Below, piece after piece: positions 1 through 13,792 of a DNA stretch of 64,000 bases. How positions within the stretch are numbered: position 1 is the first letter of the stretch; each line of letters opens with the position of its first letter. Source of the stretch: Eledone cirrhosa (Eukaryota); NCBI GenBank assembly GCA_964016885.1, contig OZ024741.1:308326001-308390000 (forward strand). The letters are read 5' to 3'. A model generated the notes under the pieces. That model did no database searches, was not told the origin of the DNA, and worked only from the letters and a program-made list of their open reading frames with translations. Position numbers and translations under genes: made by a program.

Positions 1-718
1 AAAGAAGTTATAAGCAAGGACAATTGGTGTACAATGCAGGAGTCAATACAGTCAATAAGGCATGTATGAAGAAAGAGTTATAATGCAGTTGAAATAAACA
101 TATTTTGTGTGGGGTGTTAAAGCATGTTATATTTGTTATAAATGTTTAAGATAGTGTGCAATTTGTTAGAGAGGCGTGTGGTGATAATATTAGGTATTTG
201 TTATGTAAGGTGTAATGCAAAGCACGTGATAGAGTTGGGTATGTGATTTTCATTTAAGTGTTTTTGTGTTGTAGTTCGTATTTTTGTGCATGTGTTGTTT
301 GTTTACTCACAGCTATTAACCATGGGATTATTTTAAGTCGTTTATAGCCAATAGGTGTTTGTTTGTTAAATATAAATTCCTCCGAATTACTGGCCCTGTT
401 GTTATTGTAGGTATATTATCTTATGCATTTTTTATCTGTAAATTATCTTTTCTAAGGTTTGTATTAACCATTATTAAGCTGTTGGTAAACCGGTAGGTTA
501 CTTAATTTTATAAGTTTACACAGGAAGTGATTTTTTTGCCTGTGGTTTTTACTTTTACTTACACTTCCAACCAGTGCTGCCTGTAATTGTGTTATTTCAA
601 GCGGACATCTTTTTAACTCCTGAATCTCCACATGATGCCTTTGACACTAATAACAACTATGTACCCTAAATGTTCTAAATGACTAGGATTCTAGTTACAC
701 GTTTTCGACATTCCTTAT

Positions 719-763
719 GCTCCGATGATTCCAGACTTCCCACTGGAAGAAACAATTGTCAGC
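719..763 (+). ncRNA. Minimal type I hammerhead ribozyme motif (U4->C variant)
   Basis: GCT-CCGATGA-TTCCAG(acttccca)CTGGAA-GAAA-CAATTG-TC-AGC: stems I and II, palindromic stem III ACAATTGT, GUC site. Confidence 0.7.
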
Positions 764-1410
764 TAATAAATGTTCTAAACTAAAATTTGATCGTTTTAAC
801 ACTTTGTATATATATATAACATTAATAAAGATGCTGATGTTACATAAATCGTTTATTCATTATAATTATTATTATATCAACGGTTCTCCCATGCAATCAA
901 GATGTAATTCATGCATTTGTTGTTGTTATGAGAACGATATCCTCAGATGAAATTCGATTTTGTGGTATGCTACCGGCAGGAAAAACAAACACACGTCCTT
1001 CTGCTCGTGCGTCCAGCAGACAAAAGAATATATATATTTATATATGTTAACAGTATCACTAACATAGTGTGGTTCATAATATATTAATATATACAGATAT
1101 GATTAAATTGATTACGTTGAAACCATTTATTGGTTTTTATTCTTTATCTCTATGTCTAACTTGCACCATTCATGTTTTGGGGCACCTGTAGGCCGTTCTC
1201 CCTTTCAATAATTCTATTATAGAGAGGTTTGATAATTTGCTTTTTTAATTTTTTTTTTTTTTTTTGTAGTATATGTAGCCCAGATAATTTTAAGGCTCCG
1301 TCATAGCATTTCATGTTTACATAGAAAATCTGTTCGCTTTCTTTTACTGGAGCGAGTTATCGTGAAATACGAGGGACTTTGTCGGATGCATTATTATATT
1401 TATCTATTGG

Positions 1411-1602
1411 CATGTGGATTGGCAGTATCGGTAGAGGATCGGACGACATGCTTTGCAGCATAGAGTTATGGCCCTTCACGGTATGAGTTCAAATCTCGTT
1501 GAAGTTAACTTTGCCTTTCATCCTTACGGGGTAGATAAAATAAAGTACCAATAATGCACTGGGATAATTACTGGTCTTGTGCCAAAAGTAGAAACAATTA
1601 TT
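1411..1602 (+). mobile_element. tRNA-derived SINE (octopus OK-like, Meta-type core)
   Basis: A-box-like TGGCAGTATCGG, B-box GAGTTCAAATC, core TTTGCCTTTCATCCTTACGGGG..GATAAAATAAAGTACC and tail GAAACAATTATT. A flanking duplication TTATTATATTTATCTATTGG lies at 1391-1410 and 1598-1617. Confidence 0.9.
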
Positions 1603-2278
1603 ATATTTATCTATTGGTCGTTAATTGTGATGAATCTGATAGTAAATATGATATTTTTATTAAGAGCTTTTTCCTGATCAATGGGTAGAATTCAATAATG
1701 TCTAATTGCATTAATATTAACAAGTATGTTTGAGTATCTACGCTGATATCGAATTTTTTGTTCGCTACTTTTAATTCACCTTTGAATATTCTGCATAAAG
1801 ATTGGTTGGTTTCTGGTCTTTTATCGGGATGTTTGGTTTTCGTCTTGCTAGGCTTTCTGCTGTTTTCCAACAGCAGACTTGTTCCTAATTTCTATGTGGT
1901 ATGCACTGCTGATTGTATTATAGATGATGCTTTTGTTTGTTGCATATGTATATTTTTTAATCTGCGAATCGGATATTTTTCCTGACATTCAGAATGATTT
2001 AGCATTTGATTGTAATTTGTTTTGTATAGCTGCTCAGGAAACTAAAATCGCGTCATCAAGGCTATAAACAACTCAACTATGTATCTAACAGCAACAACAA
2101 TGGGTTAAATGTATACACCTCAAGTAAACATTTCATATAAAATAAAAGAAATTATCAACAGGACAAGTGGAGCGTTTAATGCAAGATACAAACAACACGT
2201 GGACTCGTTCTGAAAAAAATTCTAAGGACATTTGGAACTTAAAGTATAAAATCTATCTATCCATATATATGTATGTAT

Positions 2279-2332
<54 letters not shown>

Positions 2333-2379
2333 TATATATATATGTATATACATGTATACATGTATATATGTATATACAT

Positions 2380-2495
<116 letters not shown>

Positions 2496-2510
2496 GCGTG
2501 TGCGTGTGTG

Positions 2511-2650
2511 AAATAACAGAGCAAACGACACAGTACATTGAAGAAATATATTAGTTTAACGCTTGAAATAAAAAGAAAAGAGTCTTAACGTTTCGGTCAC
2601 TAGTCTTTCACCAGAAGATAGAATTAAAAATAAAAGATAAAATAGAACGA
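2511..2650 (-). mobile_element. PLE pLTR-like fragment with decayed hammerhead (2583-2618)
   Basis: Homologous to 13481-13620 (-) and 23068-23229 (+). The core reads TCTT-CTGGTGA-AAGACTAGTGACC-GAAACGTT-AAGA, with A6 mutated. Confidence 0.7.
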
Positions 2651-3049
2651 TAAAAAATGAGAAAAGGAAAAGAACGAAACAAAAATGAAATGATAAAAAA
2701 AACGCACGTGCGTATTCAGTCAGCCATTTTGGAGATACAAATAAATAGATAAATATATGAAATATGTGACAGAAGATTACTCTATACTTGGAGTAGTTTT
2801 GAAACCTTAACAACATTGTTCTAATGGTTGCTGAACCGTCACGATTAAACGTAACCAAGAATTGCTTTTGACAGCAAACGACATACATTGAAAGACTCAA
2901 CAATCTTTTTATTTAATGTTTATTTTATTTTAGTGGCTTATATTTACTTTGCTGCTTTTTATCTTAATATTTATCTTCTTTATTTATTTAGTTAGTTATA
3001 ATCGTCTCAGGCTGTCATCAAATGAAAAAATTGCAACAAACACCTTCAG

Positions 3050-3079
3050 ATGGTGTTGATGGAAGTGGTGACATTGATG

Positions 3080-3135
<56 letters not shown>

Positions 3136-5095
3136 TGGTTGTGGTGGTTGTGCCGGTGTTGGTGTTGGTGTTGTTGGTTGTGGTGGTGTTGGTGTTGATG
3201 GTTGTGGTGGTTGTGGTGTTGATAGTTGTGGTGGTTGTGGCGGTGTTGGTGTTGATGGTTGTGGTGGTTGTGGTGGTGTTGGTGTTGATGTTGATGGTTG
3301 TGGTGGTGTTGGTGTTGATGGTTGTGGTGATTGTGGTGGTGTTGGTGGTGATGGTGGTGGTGGTTGTGGTAGTGTTGGTGTTGATGGTTGTGGTGGTTGT
3401 GGTGGTGTTGGTGTTGTTCGTTGTGGTAGTTGTGGTGGTGATGGTTGTGGTGGTTGTGGTGGTGTTGGTGTTGATGTTGATGGTTGTTGTGGTTGTGGTG
3501 GTGTTGGTGTTGATGGTTGTGGTGGTTGTGGTGGTGTTGGTGGTGATGGTGGTGGTGGTTGTAGTGTTGGTGGTGATGGTTGTGGTGGTTGTGGTGGTAT
3601 TGGTGTTAATGGTTGTGGTGGTTGTGGTATGTTGGTGGTGATGGTTGTGGTGGTTGTGGTGGTTGTGGTGGTGTTGGTGGTGATGGTTGTGGTGGTTGTG
3701 GTAGTGTTGGTGTTGATGGTTGTGGCGGTGGTGTTGGTGTTGATGATGTGGTGGGGTTGGTGGTGGTGGTTGTGGTGGTTGTGGTGGTGTTGGTGTTGAT
3801 GGTTGTGGTGGTTGTGGTGTTGATGGTTGAGGTGGTTGTGTTGGCGTTGATGGTCGTGGTGGTTGTGGTGGTTGTGGTGGTGTTGGTGTTGATGGTTGCT
3901 GTAGGGTAGTGTTGGCGTTGATGGTTGTGTTGGTTGTGGTGGTGTTGGTGTTGATGGTTGTTGTAGTGGTGGTGTTGGTGTTGATGGTTGTTGTAGTGGT
4001 GGTGTTGGTGTTGATGGTTGTTGTAGTGGTGGTGTTGGTGTTGATGATTGTGGTGGTTGTGGTGGTGTTAGTGTTGATTGTTGTGGTGGTTGTGGTTGTG
4101 GTGGTGGTGGTGTTGATGGTTGTGATGGTTGTGGTGGTTGTGGTGTTCCTGGTTGAGGTGGTTGTGTTGGCGTTGATGGTCGTGGTGGTTGTAATGGTTG
4201 TGGTGGTGTTGGTGTTGATGGTTGTTGTAGTTGTGGTGTTGCTGTTGATGGTTATGGTGGTTGTGGTGGTGATGGTTGTGCTGGTTGTGCTGGTTGTGGT
4301 GGTGTTGGTGTTGATGGTTGTGATGGTTGTGGTGGTGGTGGTGGTTGTGGTGGTGATGGTTGTGCTGGTTGTGCTGGTTGTGGTGGTGTTGGTGTTGATG
4401 GTTGTTGTAGTTGTGGTGTTGCTGTTGATGGTTATGGTGGTTGTGGTGGTGATGGTTGTGCTGGTTGTGCTGGTTGTGGTGGTGTTGGTGTTGATGGTTG
4501 TGATGGTTGTGGTGGTGGTGGTGGTGGTTGTGGTGGTGATGGTTGTGCTGGTTGTGCTGGTTGTGGTGGTGTTGGTGTTGATGGATGTGATGGTGGTGGT
4601 GGTTGTGTTGATGGTTGTGATGGTTGTGGTGGTTGTGGTGGTTGTGGTGGTGTTGGTGTTGATGGTTGTGGTGGTGTTGGTGTTGTTGGTTGTGGTGGTG
4701 TTGGTGTTGATGTTGATGGTTGTGGTGGTTGTGGCTGTGTTGATGGTTGTGGTGGTTGTGACGGTGTTGGTGTTAGTTTTATGGTGGTTGTGGTAGTGGT
4801 GGTGTTGATGGTTGTGGCGTTGGTGGTGGTATTGGTGTTGATGGTTGTGGTGGTTGTGGTGGTGATGGTTGTGCTGGTTGTGGTGGTTGTGGTGGTGTTG
4901 GTGTTGATGGTTGTGGTGGTTGTGGTGGTGTTGGTGTTGATGGTTGTGGCGGTTGTGGTGGTGTTGGTGGTGCTGGTTGTGGCGGTGGTGTTGGTATTGG
5001 TGTTGATGCTTGTGGTGGTTGTGGCGGTATTGTCGGTATTGGTGGTGGTGGTTGTGATGGTGGTGGTGGTATTGGTGTTGATGGTTGTGGTGGTA
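3050..5095. repeat. Cryptic GGT/GTT/GAT trinucleotide-based repeat with recurring GGTTGTGGTGGTGTTGGTGTTGAT units
   Basis: Seen directly. It produces the Val-, Gly-Cys- and Pro-Gln-rich ORFs in several frames. Confidence 0.95.
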
Positions 5096-5506
5096 CTGGA
5101 AAGGTAACAGAACAAAATAGATGAAAGAAAAATCGGAAAGAAATTAGGGAAGGAGAGTAAGAAAGAAGGAAAGAAAGAAGGAACGAAAGAAACAAAGAAA
5201 AAAGAAGTGCAATAAAGAATGAAAGGGTTAAAGAAAGAAAGCAATGAATGAAAGAATGTGAAATGGAATATGAGGCTCGATCTGAAGTTCAATTGTAATA
5301 ATAAATAATAATTATTGATTTTTATTATAAAGACAACGATGATGACAACAACTTCTGCAGCAACGATCAGAATTATTGGATTTGACAGAAGAAATGGTGA
5401 GAAAATTGACAAAATGGAAAGGATATATCTATGTGTGTATAAACGTATAAACATATATATATATATGTGTGTGTGTGTGTTTGCGTGTGCGTGTTAATAC
5501 ATGCAT

Positions 5507-5581
<75 letters not shown>

Positions 5582-5678
5582 TCTCTCTGACGTCGGAATA
5601 TAGGAACGCACCACTTTAGGGCGAGAATCTCGGAATAGTGACGATGCGAATCACTATCCTTGAAATTATAGGTATATA

Positions 5679-5729
<51 letters not shown>

Positions 5730-5809
5730 CATATACATAAACATATATATATATATAGATAGATATATACATACATATATAGACACACAGACATACACAT
5801 ATATGTATG

Positions 5810-5887
<78 letters not shown>

Positions 5888-5894
5888 CATATAT

Positions 5895-5952
<58 letters not shown>

Positions 5953-6407
5953 TTACTGGCAGAAACCGCCAAACAGCAAGTGTAAATGTTATACTGTAAT
6001 TGACGCTGATCATCTATTGCAATGTGATAATTATATTTTGTGATCGGTTATAGATCCGTTATAGGAGATGGCATAAATCAACAACATTAAATATAAAACA
6101 AATAAAAATAAAACAAATAACGACACGAAATACACGAAGACGAAATCATACATACCAATAGAGAGAAAGAATGCACCCTTTATATATATATATGTGTGTG
6201 TGTATGTATGTGTATGTATGGGTTGGATGTCCCTTTCTGTATGCATATATATATATGTGTGTGTGTGTGTTGTGTGTGTGTGCGTACATGGGCAATATTT
6301 ATCGAAATACAAACACTCCAACTTACACCAAATATATATATAACTCACATATATGTATCTTATGTTTATACATTCATACTTACATATATGTATGTATGTA
6401 TATATTG

Positions 6408-6489
<82 letters not shown>

Positions 6490-6510
6490 TCACGAACACA
6501 CACACATACA

Positions 6511-6604
<94 letters not shown>

Positions 6605-7158
6605 TTGTATATAGTTGTATATGTGTACTCACACTTATTTTCACTAAAAAGAACATTAAAGGAAGAGTTGAGCTGAAAGGAACATTTTATGACACATTCA
6701 GTCAGAAATAGCTTTTCTTTTTGGTTACAAGCTCCACAGAAACTCGATGGAAGAATAGATTCAGTGAAAAGATTCAGTCAAGTACAAAAGAGTTATTAGA
6801 AAGGGAGATAAACGCATTAGCTAAAGTTTTCATTCTTGCTGAATACACAATTTCAATAGTGTTAAGAAAGAATCAAAATTAGACGTCCGTTATTTGCCAA
6901 TTCCAACGGAGGTTGCAGTCGAGTGTTTGTCGTATTTGAAAAGCTTAAATAGTAAAAGAAACGCCTTAGAGATTGGAGGAGAAGAAAGGGAGAAGGAGAG
7001 GAAGAGATACATATATAGTGCCGTATAAAGACTGATACACATACAAACATAGACAAGCACGCCTATGCACAGATATACGCATACACAGATATTTACAGAC
7101 ATATATGCATATCTAAATGTATATATCAGAATATACACACACATACATACCCCCACAT

Positions 7159-7267
<109 letters not shown>

Positions 7268-7525
7268 GACTAGCAGAAATGTGTTTGCTTTGTTTATTTG
7301 TTTGTTTGTGTGTATGATCAAGTATGTATCTGTGAACGTGTGTGTGTTTATGTGCGTGTTTTCTATCTGGGAGCTTTTTTTATCAATATGTGTGCGTGTG
7401 CGTATGTGTGTGTATGTGTCTGTCTGTCTGCCTGTGTCTGTGCATGTCTGTGTCTGTGTGTGCGTGTGTGTGTTTGTGTGTGCGTGTGTGTGAAAGAGAG
7501 AGAGTGTGTGTGTCTGTGTGTCTGT

Positions 7526-7570
<45 letters not shown>

Positions 7571-8082
7571 TGTGTGTGTGTGTGTGAATGTGTGTGTGTA
7601 TGTGTATGTGTCTGTGTGTACGTATATATATTCGTATTTATATGGAGGACAACAGCGCATCTCTAATCGTTTCAGAAGGAAATAATAAGTTTTTCGACTG
7701 TGGCGGCGAACTCAGTACACACGAAGCTGTGGCTACATTCACGGTGGTACAGTGGTATTGATGCAGATAGTGGTGCTGGTTGGTGGCCATGATGCTCAGA
7801 GTAGAATGGCTCGGGGCGTGCATGGTGATGGGAGTAAAGCTAATTTGATTGAGCAGACGATATGACGACCATGAGAAGCAGTAGCAAACAGCAACAGGAC
7901 GGACGATGACGCTAAAGAACGTTAATAAAATAATGATTTGCTTTCGCAAAAGAAATTCGATTAACTCGATCAGTTTTCAAGAAGAACAATTCCCTTCCCA
8001 CCTCCGCGTTTCCTTACTGCGTGTACACATGCAAACACAAATCAAACACACACACATACACACGCATACACGCATATATATA

Positions 8083-8345
<263 letters not shown>

Positions 8346-8669
8346 ACATGGATAGATATGTATATATACAAATATGTGTGTATACGCACGCATATGAATA
8401 GAGATTTGTTCATGTATATGTACATATGAATATATGCATGTGTGTGTATACACAGAGAAGGAGAGAGGGAGGGGGAGGGAGAGAGAGAGAAAGAGAGAGA
8501 GAGAGTAAGAGAGAGAGAGAGAGAGAGAGAGGTGGGGCTAGAGCCAGAAAAGTATCATAGCTTCAGTGTTTTTACAATAGGAAGAAGAAAGACTCTTTCC
8601 TGGTTTGCATGAGAGACCGGAACGAATCCTTGCTTTTGATTTCATAATTTTTCTATATAATTTCTTGAT

Positions 8670-8675
8670 GCTGTT

Positions 8676-8708
<33 letters not shown>

Positions 8709-8767
8709 CTTCTTCTTCTTCTTCTTCTTCTTCTTCTTCTTCTTCCTCTTCCTCTTCCTCTTCTTCT

Positions 8768-8814
<47 letters not shown>

Positions 8815-8853
8815 TTCTGCTTCTCCTTCTTCTTCTTCTTCTTCTTCTTCTTC

Positions 8854-8894
<41 letters not shown>

Positions 8895-9000
8895 CTGTTG
8901 CTGCTGCTGATGATGATGATGAGAAGGAGGAGGAGGAGGATGACGGTGCAAGTCACCACTATCATTGTCATCATCATCATCATCATCATAACATCATCAT
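8670..9000. repeat. Compound microsatellite (TTG)n-(TTC)n-(GAT)n-(GGA)n-(CAT)n
   Basis: Seen directly. Confidence 0.95.
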
Positions 9001-9563
9001 GTCATATTTATACGAGCCTAGCAAACCCAGAAATATGGCTGGTTTGTTCCTTTCAAAAGATGTTATAGTAGGATTTGAACTATGTAGTAATAGGTACACA
9101 GAAGAGGGGGGGGGTAGTCAGCAACAGACTAAACAAAGAAAATGCAAAAGGTTGTAGGTTCAAATTTTAATTAATTAGATTTCATTCTTCTGTAATCGTA
9201 AATAAACTTATTTCAAAAGTTTCTAGAGAATTTCTAATTATTTCTTTTTCTTTTTTTTCTTCTTTTTTTTTTCTTTGTTTTTTTTGTTATTCTAGAGATC
9301 CCCGAACACTTCTAAAATAACATTGAATGTTTTAAAGTCTTAAAACTACCTTAAAACATCTCGTCATATATATATACTTATATACTGAGTTGCATTACGT
9401 CGAGTGCTTTCCATAATATTACATCGAGGTTGACTACAGTCAATGACCAGTTCTATCCAGTAATGAACCAACAAACCTAAATAAATAAATATATATATAT
9501 ATCCTCTTTTTCTCTCTTTCTCTCTCTTTTTCCACCTGGCCTTTTGATTAATAAAAGGCCTCG

Positions 9564-9638
9564 GGCGCACCCGAACTACACCGATGTCCTGTATTTCAGC
9601 GCCGAAACATCGGTTCAGGAAACATTTACAGCTGACGA
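9564..9638 (+). ncRNA. Permuted (reverse-order) hammerhead-like motif, copy A1
   Basis: GGCGC...ACCGATGT-C-CTGTA-tttcaGCGCC-GAA-ACATCGGT-...-TACAG-CTGACGA: stem III 8 bp, stem I 5 bp, GUC site. Confidence 0.6.
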
Positions 9639-10331
9639 TGGAAACTCCTTTCTTCCTTTCTCCTCCTGTTCCGTCCTAACCACCATCCTAAACCTTATTT
9701 TTAGTAACCACACAGCTCCTTTCGTTTCATAACTTTTTATATTTACCGCTGTGACCCTACCTGCTTTGGTCGATCTGTGTTCCCTCCACACTTTCGCATC
9801 GACCCTCCCTTCTGTCTTCCCTTCTCCTCCTCACTCTCGTTTTTTTTTTCTCTCCCTCTCTCTCTCTATCCATCCGTTCGGTTTTGATTGTTGACGTATT
9901 TACACGTGCCGTGGTGGCCTCTCTGTCCGCAATCTTTGCGGCATGTTTTTACCACCGTTGTAAAGAAACCCTTCTGCATTTTCTCCCTTTCCCTTCTCCT
10001 CCTCACTTTTGGTTGCCCGTGTCTCTCTCTCTCACTTTCTCCTATCTATGTGAGAAGCAGCACGATTATACCAGCTCTGAGTCGTAGCTGACCACCAGGC
10101 TAAAGTCTCCCAGGTTGGCCACAACTTACTTTCCCTATTTTTCCACGGTTACATTTTTGCATGTTTCTTTCACCTGTGTCTTCCCACGATGGGACCTGTA
10201 CACATTTTTTCTTCTATTCCTTTCCTATTTTCCCCTTCTTCCTCCTTTCCCTCTCTTTCCTTTTTACTCTCCTCTTTTTCTCTCTTTCTCTCTCCTTTTC
10301 CAACTGGCTTTTTGATTAATAAAAGGCCTCG

Positions 10332-10406
10332 GGCGCACCCGAACTACACCAATGTCCTGTATTTCAGCGCCGAAACATCAGTTCGGGAAACATTTACAGC
10401 TGACGA
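10332..10406 (+). ncRNA. Permuted hammerhead-like motif, copy A2
   Basis: Same as A1, with two CpG-type transitions in distal stem III (ACCAATGT/ACATCAGT). Confidence 0.55.
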
Positions 10407-10506
10407 TGGAAACTCCTTTCTTCCTTTCTCCTCCTGTTCCGTCCTAACCACCAACTTAAACCTTATTTTTAGTAACCACACAGCTCCTTTCGTTTCATAA
10501 CTTTTT

Positions 10507-10557
<51 letters not shown>

Positions 10558-10761
10558 GAGAATTTTATTTCTCCCCCTAGCACAGCTGATACATAAATGT
10601 AAGCATGCATGCGTACATATATATACATACATTCACATATATACATACACATATATGTGTGTATGTATGCATACTTACATTTATATATGTGTGTGTGTAT
10701 ATATATATGTGCGTGCGTGTGTATGTATGTGTGTATATATGTATATATGTATGTATGTATA

Positions 10762-10794
<33 letters not shown>

Positions 10795-10844
10795 ATGGGT
10801 GAGAGTGTGTGAGTGTGTGTGTAAGTGTTTGTGTGTGTATGTAT

Positions 10845-11951
10845 TCTGTTTTGGCTCAGTTCTTTGGTGACATTTGCATGAATTTAGTAAAAGAGGCATA
10901 AGTTACGAAAGAAGAGGTTCATATAAGATAAGGTTGGCTACAATAATAACCTTTAGATGCTTCTTGACGCAACTTCTTAATGAAACCGCCGTTATCTTCG
11001 GGGACTGCTTCAATACAAGGTCTTAAATGTTGACATGTCCGAATCAGATGATCTTTCTCTATTTTGGACATTGTGCTAGTTATGGCGAAATTCAAAGATT
11101 TTATAGTGTTATGAGGGTGTTGATTGACTTCTCTTTCGATAAGGCCCCATAAACAGTAGTCTAACAGATTCAGATCTGGAGAGCTTGGAGAGCTTAGGGT
11201 GACAAGATCGTAGAGATTGTGACTACTCCATTCTTGGAACATCATGGTCTTATGAGAAAAACTAAAGTATTCCAGGCTCAACAAGCGCTTTTCATGGATC
11301 AAGCGGTTATATTTTGTCCTTCCAGACATGAAGTGGCCTCTTCACATCGCAAATCAATTGTATAGAAGGTCATCATACAACAACATTCTTCCAATAATGT
11401 ACCTTACAATATTGGTTTCTGATTTAGGCACAAGGCCAGCAATTTTGGGGGAGAAGAAAGTCAATTAAATCGACCTTCAGTGCATTACTGGTACTTTATT
11501 TTATTGATGAAAAGCAAAGCTGACCTCGGCGAGATTTAAACATGTTGTCCGATTCTCACCAATATTGCCAATATTACCAATCCATCGTCTTATACCTTGA
11601 AATATTGAGATCCTTAGCAACGGCACTAGTTGAATTTCTACGGTTCTCAACGATATTTTTGCACCTTCCGTAGCATTTCCTTGTCTTCGTTGTATTAGGA
11701 CGCTTAGCAGGCGATTTACGTTGGGCTACTGTTGTAGAACCCTCATCAGCGGCTTCCAGCATTTTGCATACTTTGATAACAACTGCCTGCACAACTTTCA
11801 GGAAATGAGCAACCTTACTATGTTTAGCCTTTTCACTTGCTGGGTTAGCTTGATGTCTGCCATTTTTTATCTGAAAAGAAATAGGAATCAAAACATGTTA
11901 GAAAAAGGTGAGAGCTATTATATATGTCCTCAAAGAACTGACAACCCTGTA
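10845..11951 (-). mobile_element. Decayed Tc1/mariner (maT-like) DNA transposon
   Basis: Minus-strand SSPDLNLLDYCLWG...EAVPEDNGGFIK is the DDE/D C-terminus, and 11574-11891 is an HTH-like N-terminus. Imperfect TIRs CAGTTCTTTGGTGACA (10857) and TGTCCTCAAAGAACTGACAACCCTG followed by TA (11925-11951). Confidence 0.8.
11410..11575 (-). mobile_element. tRNA-derived SINE (internally deleted) inserted in the transposon
   Basis: Reverse complement of the SINE core and tail (GGCACAAGGCCAGCAATTT...TGGTACTTTATTTTAT). Confidence 0.8.
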
Positions 11952-11961
11952 TATATATATA

Positions 11962-12230
11962 CTTTTCAAACCAACATTTGTTTTGCATGCACGTTTACAG
12001 ATATGATACTTGAACTGTCTGTCTTCTGGTAATATCGGGTGGGGTGTTTCTTCATGAATTCTATCATGACTGGTCAGTCCACCAGTTGACTTGCAAATTA
12101 AGCCGCACCCATTGCAAATGTACCATGGAGCTCTTGGCGTTCGTTCCATCTCACAAGTGGCTCGATTTCAACCTGACTCGTGTGACGTCAGATAGGTGAC
12201 AAATCCAGTTCTTGATAGAAGAAATCGGCC
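11962..12230 (-). mobile_element. 3' fragment of an RTE-type LINE with C2H2-like zinc fingers
   Basis: CNGCGLICKSTGGLTSHDRIH and a second degenerate finger resemble RTE-clade C-termini. Confidence 0.6.
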
Positions 12231-12519
12231 ACATACAAGCATTGCACCTCAATTCCTGTTGGTTTTTTTTATATATTCAAATTAAGCTTCAAAATAGCTG
12301 TATACATATATGTATGGGAATTTCGCATATCTAACGATATACGGTATCTTTAATTAATAAACATTTGAAAGCCCAGCTACGAATATTGAAAGGCTGACGG
12401 CCAGCGCCATTTAGCGGATTCCAGCAGAAGCAGCGATGGATAACTGCCTATACGTTTTGGAGGTGATGGTTCTCATAAGGACAATGATCCCCTGATGAGA
12501 ACCATCAGTCTGGCAGACT

Positions 12520-12991
12520 TTCGTGGTTTCAACCAAAGAGTATGGAAAAGATGTGTGGCTTATGTATTGACGAACGAATAACTATTCTAAAGAGATTACG
12601 CAAAAGTGATTGCCTAAACACGAGAAATGAATTTTTCACACGTTGTCCACACGTCGCCAAACACCTATTGCATAACTACAGGGCTCCGGGCTGCTTCTTT
12701 GTAATTTTATTTTTCAACTAAAAACTTTTCGGACTTTCGCAGTTATCTCCCTTACACCTCTCGCACGCATTCTAGTATTGCCTGTGTGAAGTGACCGGGT
12801 TTCTGCGCATGCGCGTTCGTACGGTTGTCCTACCTGCTCCTATAACCATATCCCATTCCGAGCTGAGGATCCGCTAAGGTGAAACAATTGTTCTCGGTAT
12901 GGTGAACTAACTGTTGTGTAACCACTTCTACCTAACTCGTCCCATGGACTGAGTGCTCTACCACTACGGATATTACCTTCCAGTGTTCCAC

Positions 12992-12995
<4 letters not shown>
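12520..12995 (+). mobile_element. PLE 3' end (GIY-YIG C-terminus plus pLTR)
   Basis: The + strand reads MCGLCIDERITILK...CLNTRNEFFTRCPHVAKHLL, similar to the C-terminus at ~37930-38070. It is followed by an HHR and ends at (TA)n. Confidence 0.8.
12858..12897 (+). ncRNA. Minimal type I hammerhead ribozyme
   Basis: CCGAG-CTGAGGA-tCC(gctaa)GGt-GAAA-CAATTG-TT-CTCGG, with palindromic stem III. Confidence 0.8.
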
Positions 12996-13066
<71 letters not shown>

Positions 13067-13317
13067 CATACATACATACATATATATATAAGTATGTATA
13101 CGTACATACATATATGTATACAGACGTACAGTAATATGTATATACATACATATATGCACACATATATATATATATGTACGTAAGGGTTTACCGAACATTT
13201 ATTATAATGCTCGGTTTGTTTGTAAACAAACAGCCCGACACTGTACGGCTACTATTTCGGGCTGTTTGCTTAAGTATCATCCGTACTAAGAGTGAGAAAT
13301 GAAATTTCATTGTTTCC

Positions 13318-13467
<150 letters not shown>

Positions 13468-13544
13468 CATATATATATGTAAAAGATAAACAGGAATAAC
13501 AACACAATCGGTACAGTATATCGCTTCATATAGCAGGAAAAGGG

Positions 13545-13580
13545 TCCTAACGTTTCGGACGTTAGTCTTTCATCAGAAGA
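13545..13580 (-). ncRNA. Minimal type I hammerhead ribozyme in a pLTR fragment (13481-13620)
   Basis: Minus strand TCTT-CTGATGA-aaGAC(taac)GTCc-GAAACGT-T-AGGA. Confidence 0.75.
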
Positions 13581-13751
13581 AAGAATGAGAAATAAGATAG
13601 ATTGAGGGGACGGGCGGGTTGAAATTGGAAAAAAATGTCATTAGATAAAAATAAGCCTATGTATATACAGTTAGGGAAATAGGGTTAAAGCTTTAAAATT
13701 TCAACAATACAATTTAACTAGATTATCATCATTGGAATCCGCTTCGGAAAT

Positions 13752-13792
13752 ATTATTCTGATGATTCAAAAGAGGAAACTATAGTTAATAGT
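13752..13792 (+). ncRNA. Minimal type I hammerhead ribozyme
   Basis: ATTATT-CTGATGA-TTC(aaaa)GAG-GAAA-CTATAG-TT-AATAGT, with palindromic stem III ACTATAGT. Confidence 0.7.

Larger units (their letters stand above)
1..2050 (-). mobile_element. Degenerate Penelope-like element (Neptune-like RT remnants plus A/C-rich linker), interrupted by a SINE and a + strand pLTR fragment
   Basis: Minus-strand reading gives decayed PLE RT motifs: ESLARRKPNIPIKDQKP (~1850), QLDIIEFYPLIRKKLL (~1700), IIMHPTKSLVFH...YVNMKCYDGA...SGLHIL (~1270-1397). They occur in the same order as in the PLE at 35.5-38 kb. Boundaries are approximate. Confidence 0.7.
9503..10507 (+). mobile_element. Non-coding element with ~235-bp terminal direct repeats (9503-9738, 10271-10506; offset 768) inserted in (TA)n; retrozyme/pLTR-like
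   Basis: Near-identical direct repeats, TA tracts on both sides and no recognisable coding capacity. Each repeat carries a permuted hammerhead-like motif. Confidence 0.8.

Noticed and set aside
3050-3799. Gly/Cys-rich ORF resembling a structural protein
   Set aside because: Part of a GGT/GTT repeat that is open in multiple frames and on both strands, with no codon or splice support.
11898-12149. Host C2H2 zinc-finger gene
   Set aside because: No TGEKP linkers, the second finger is broken, and the pattern fits an RTE C-terminus.
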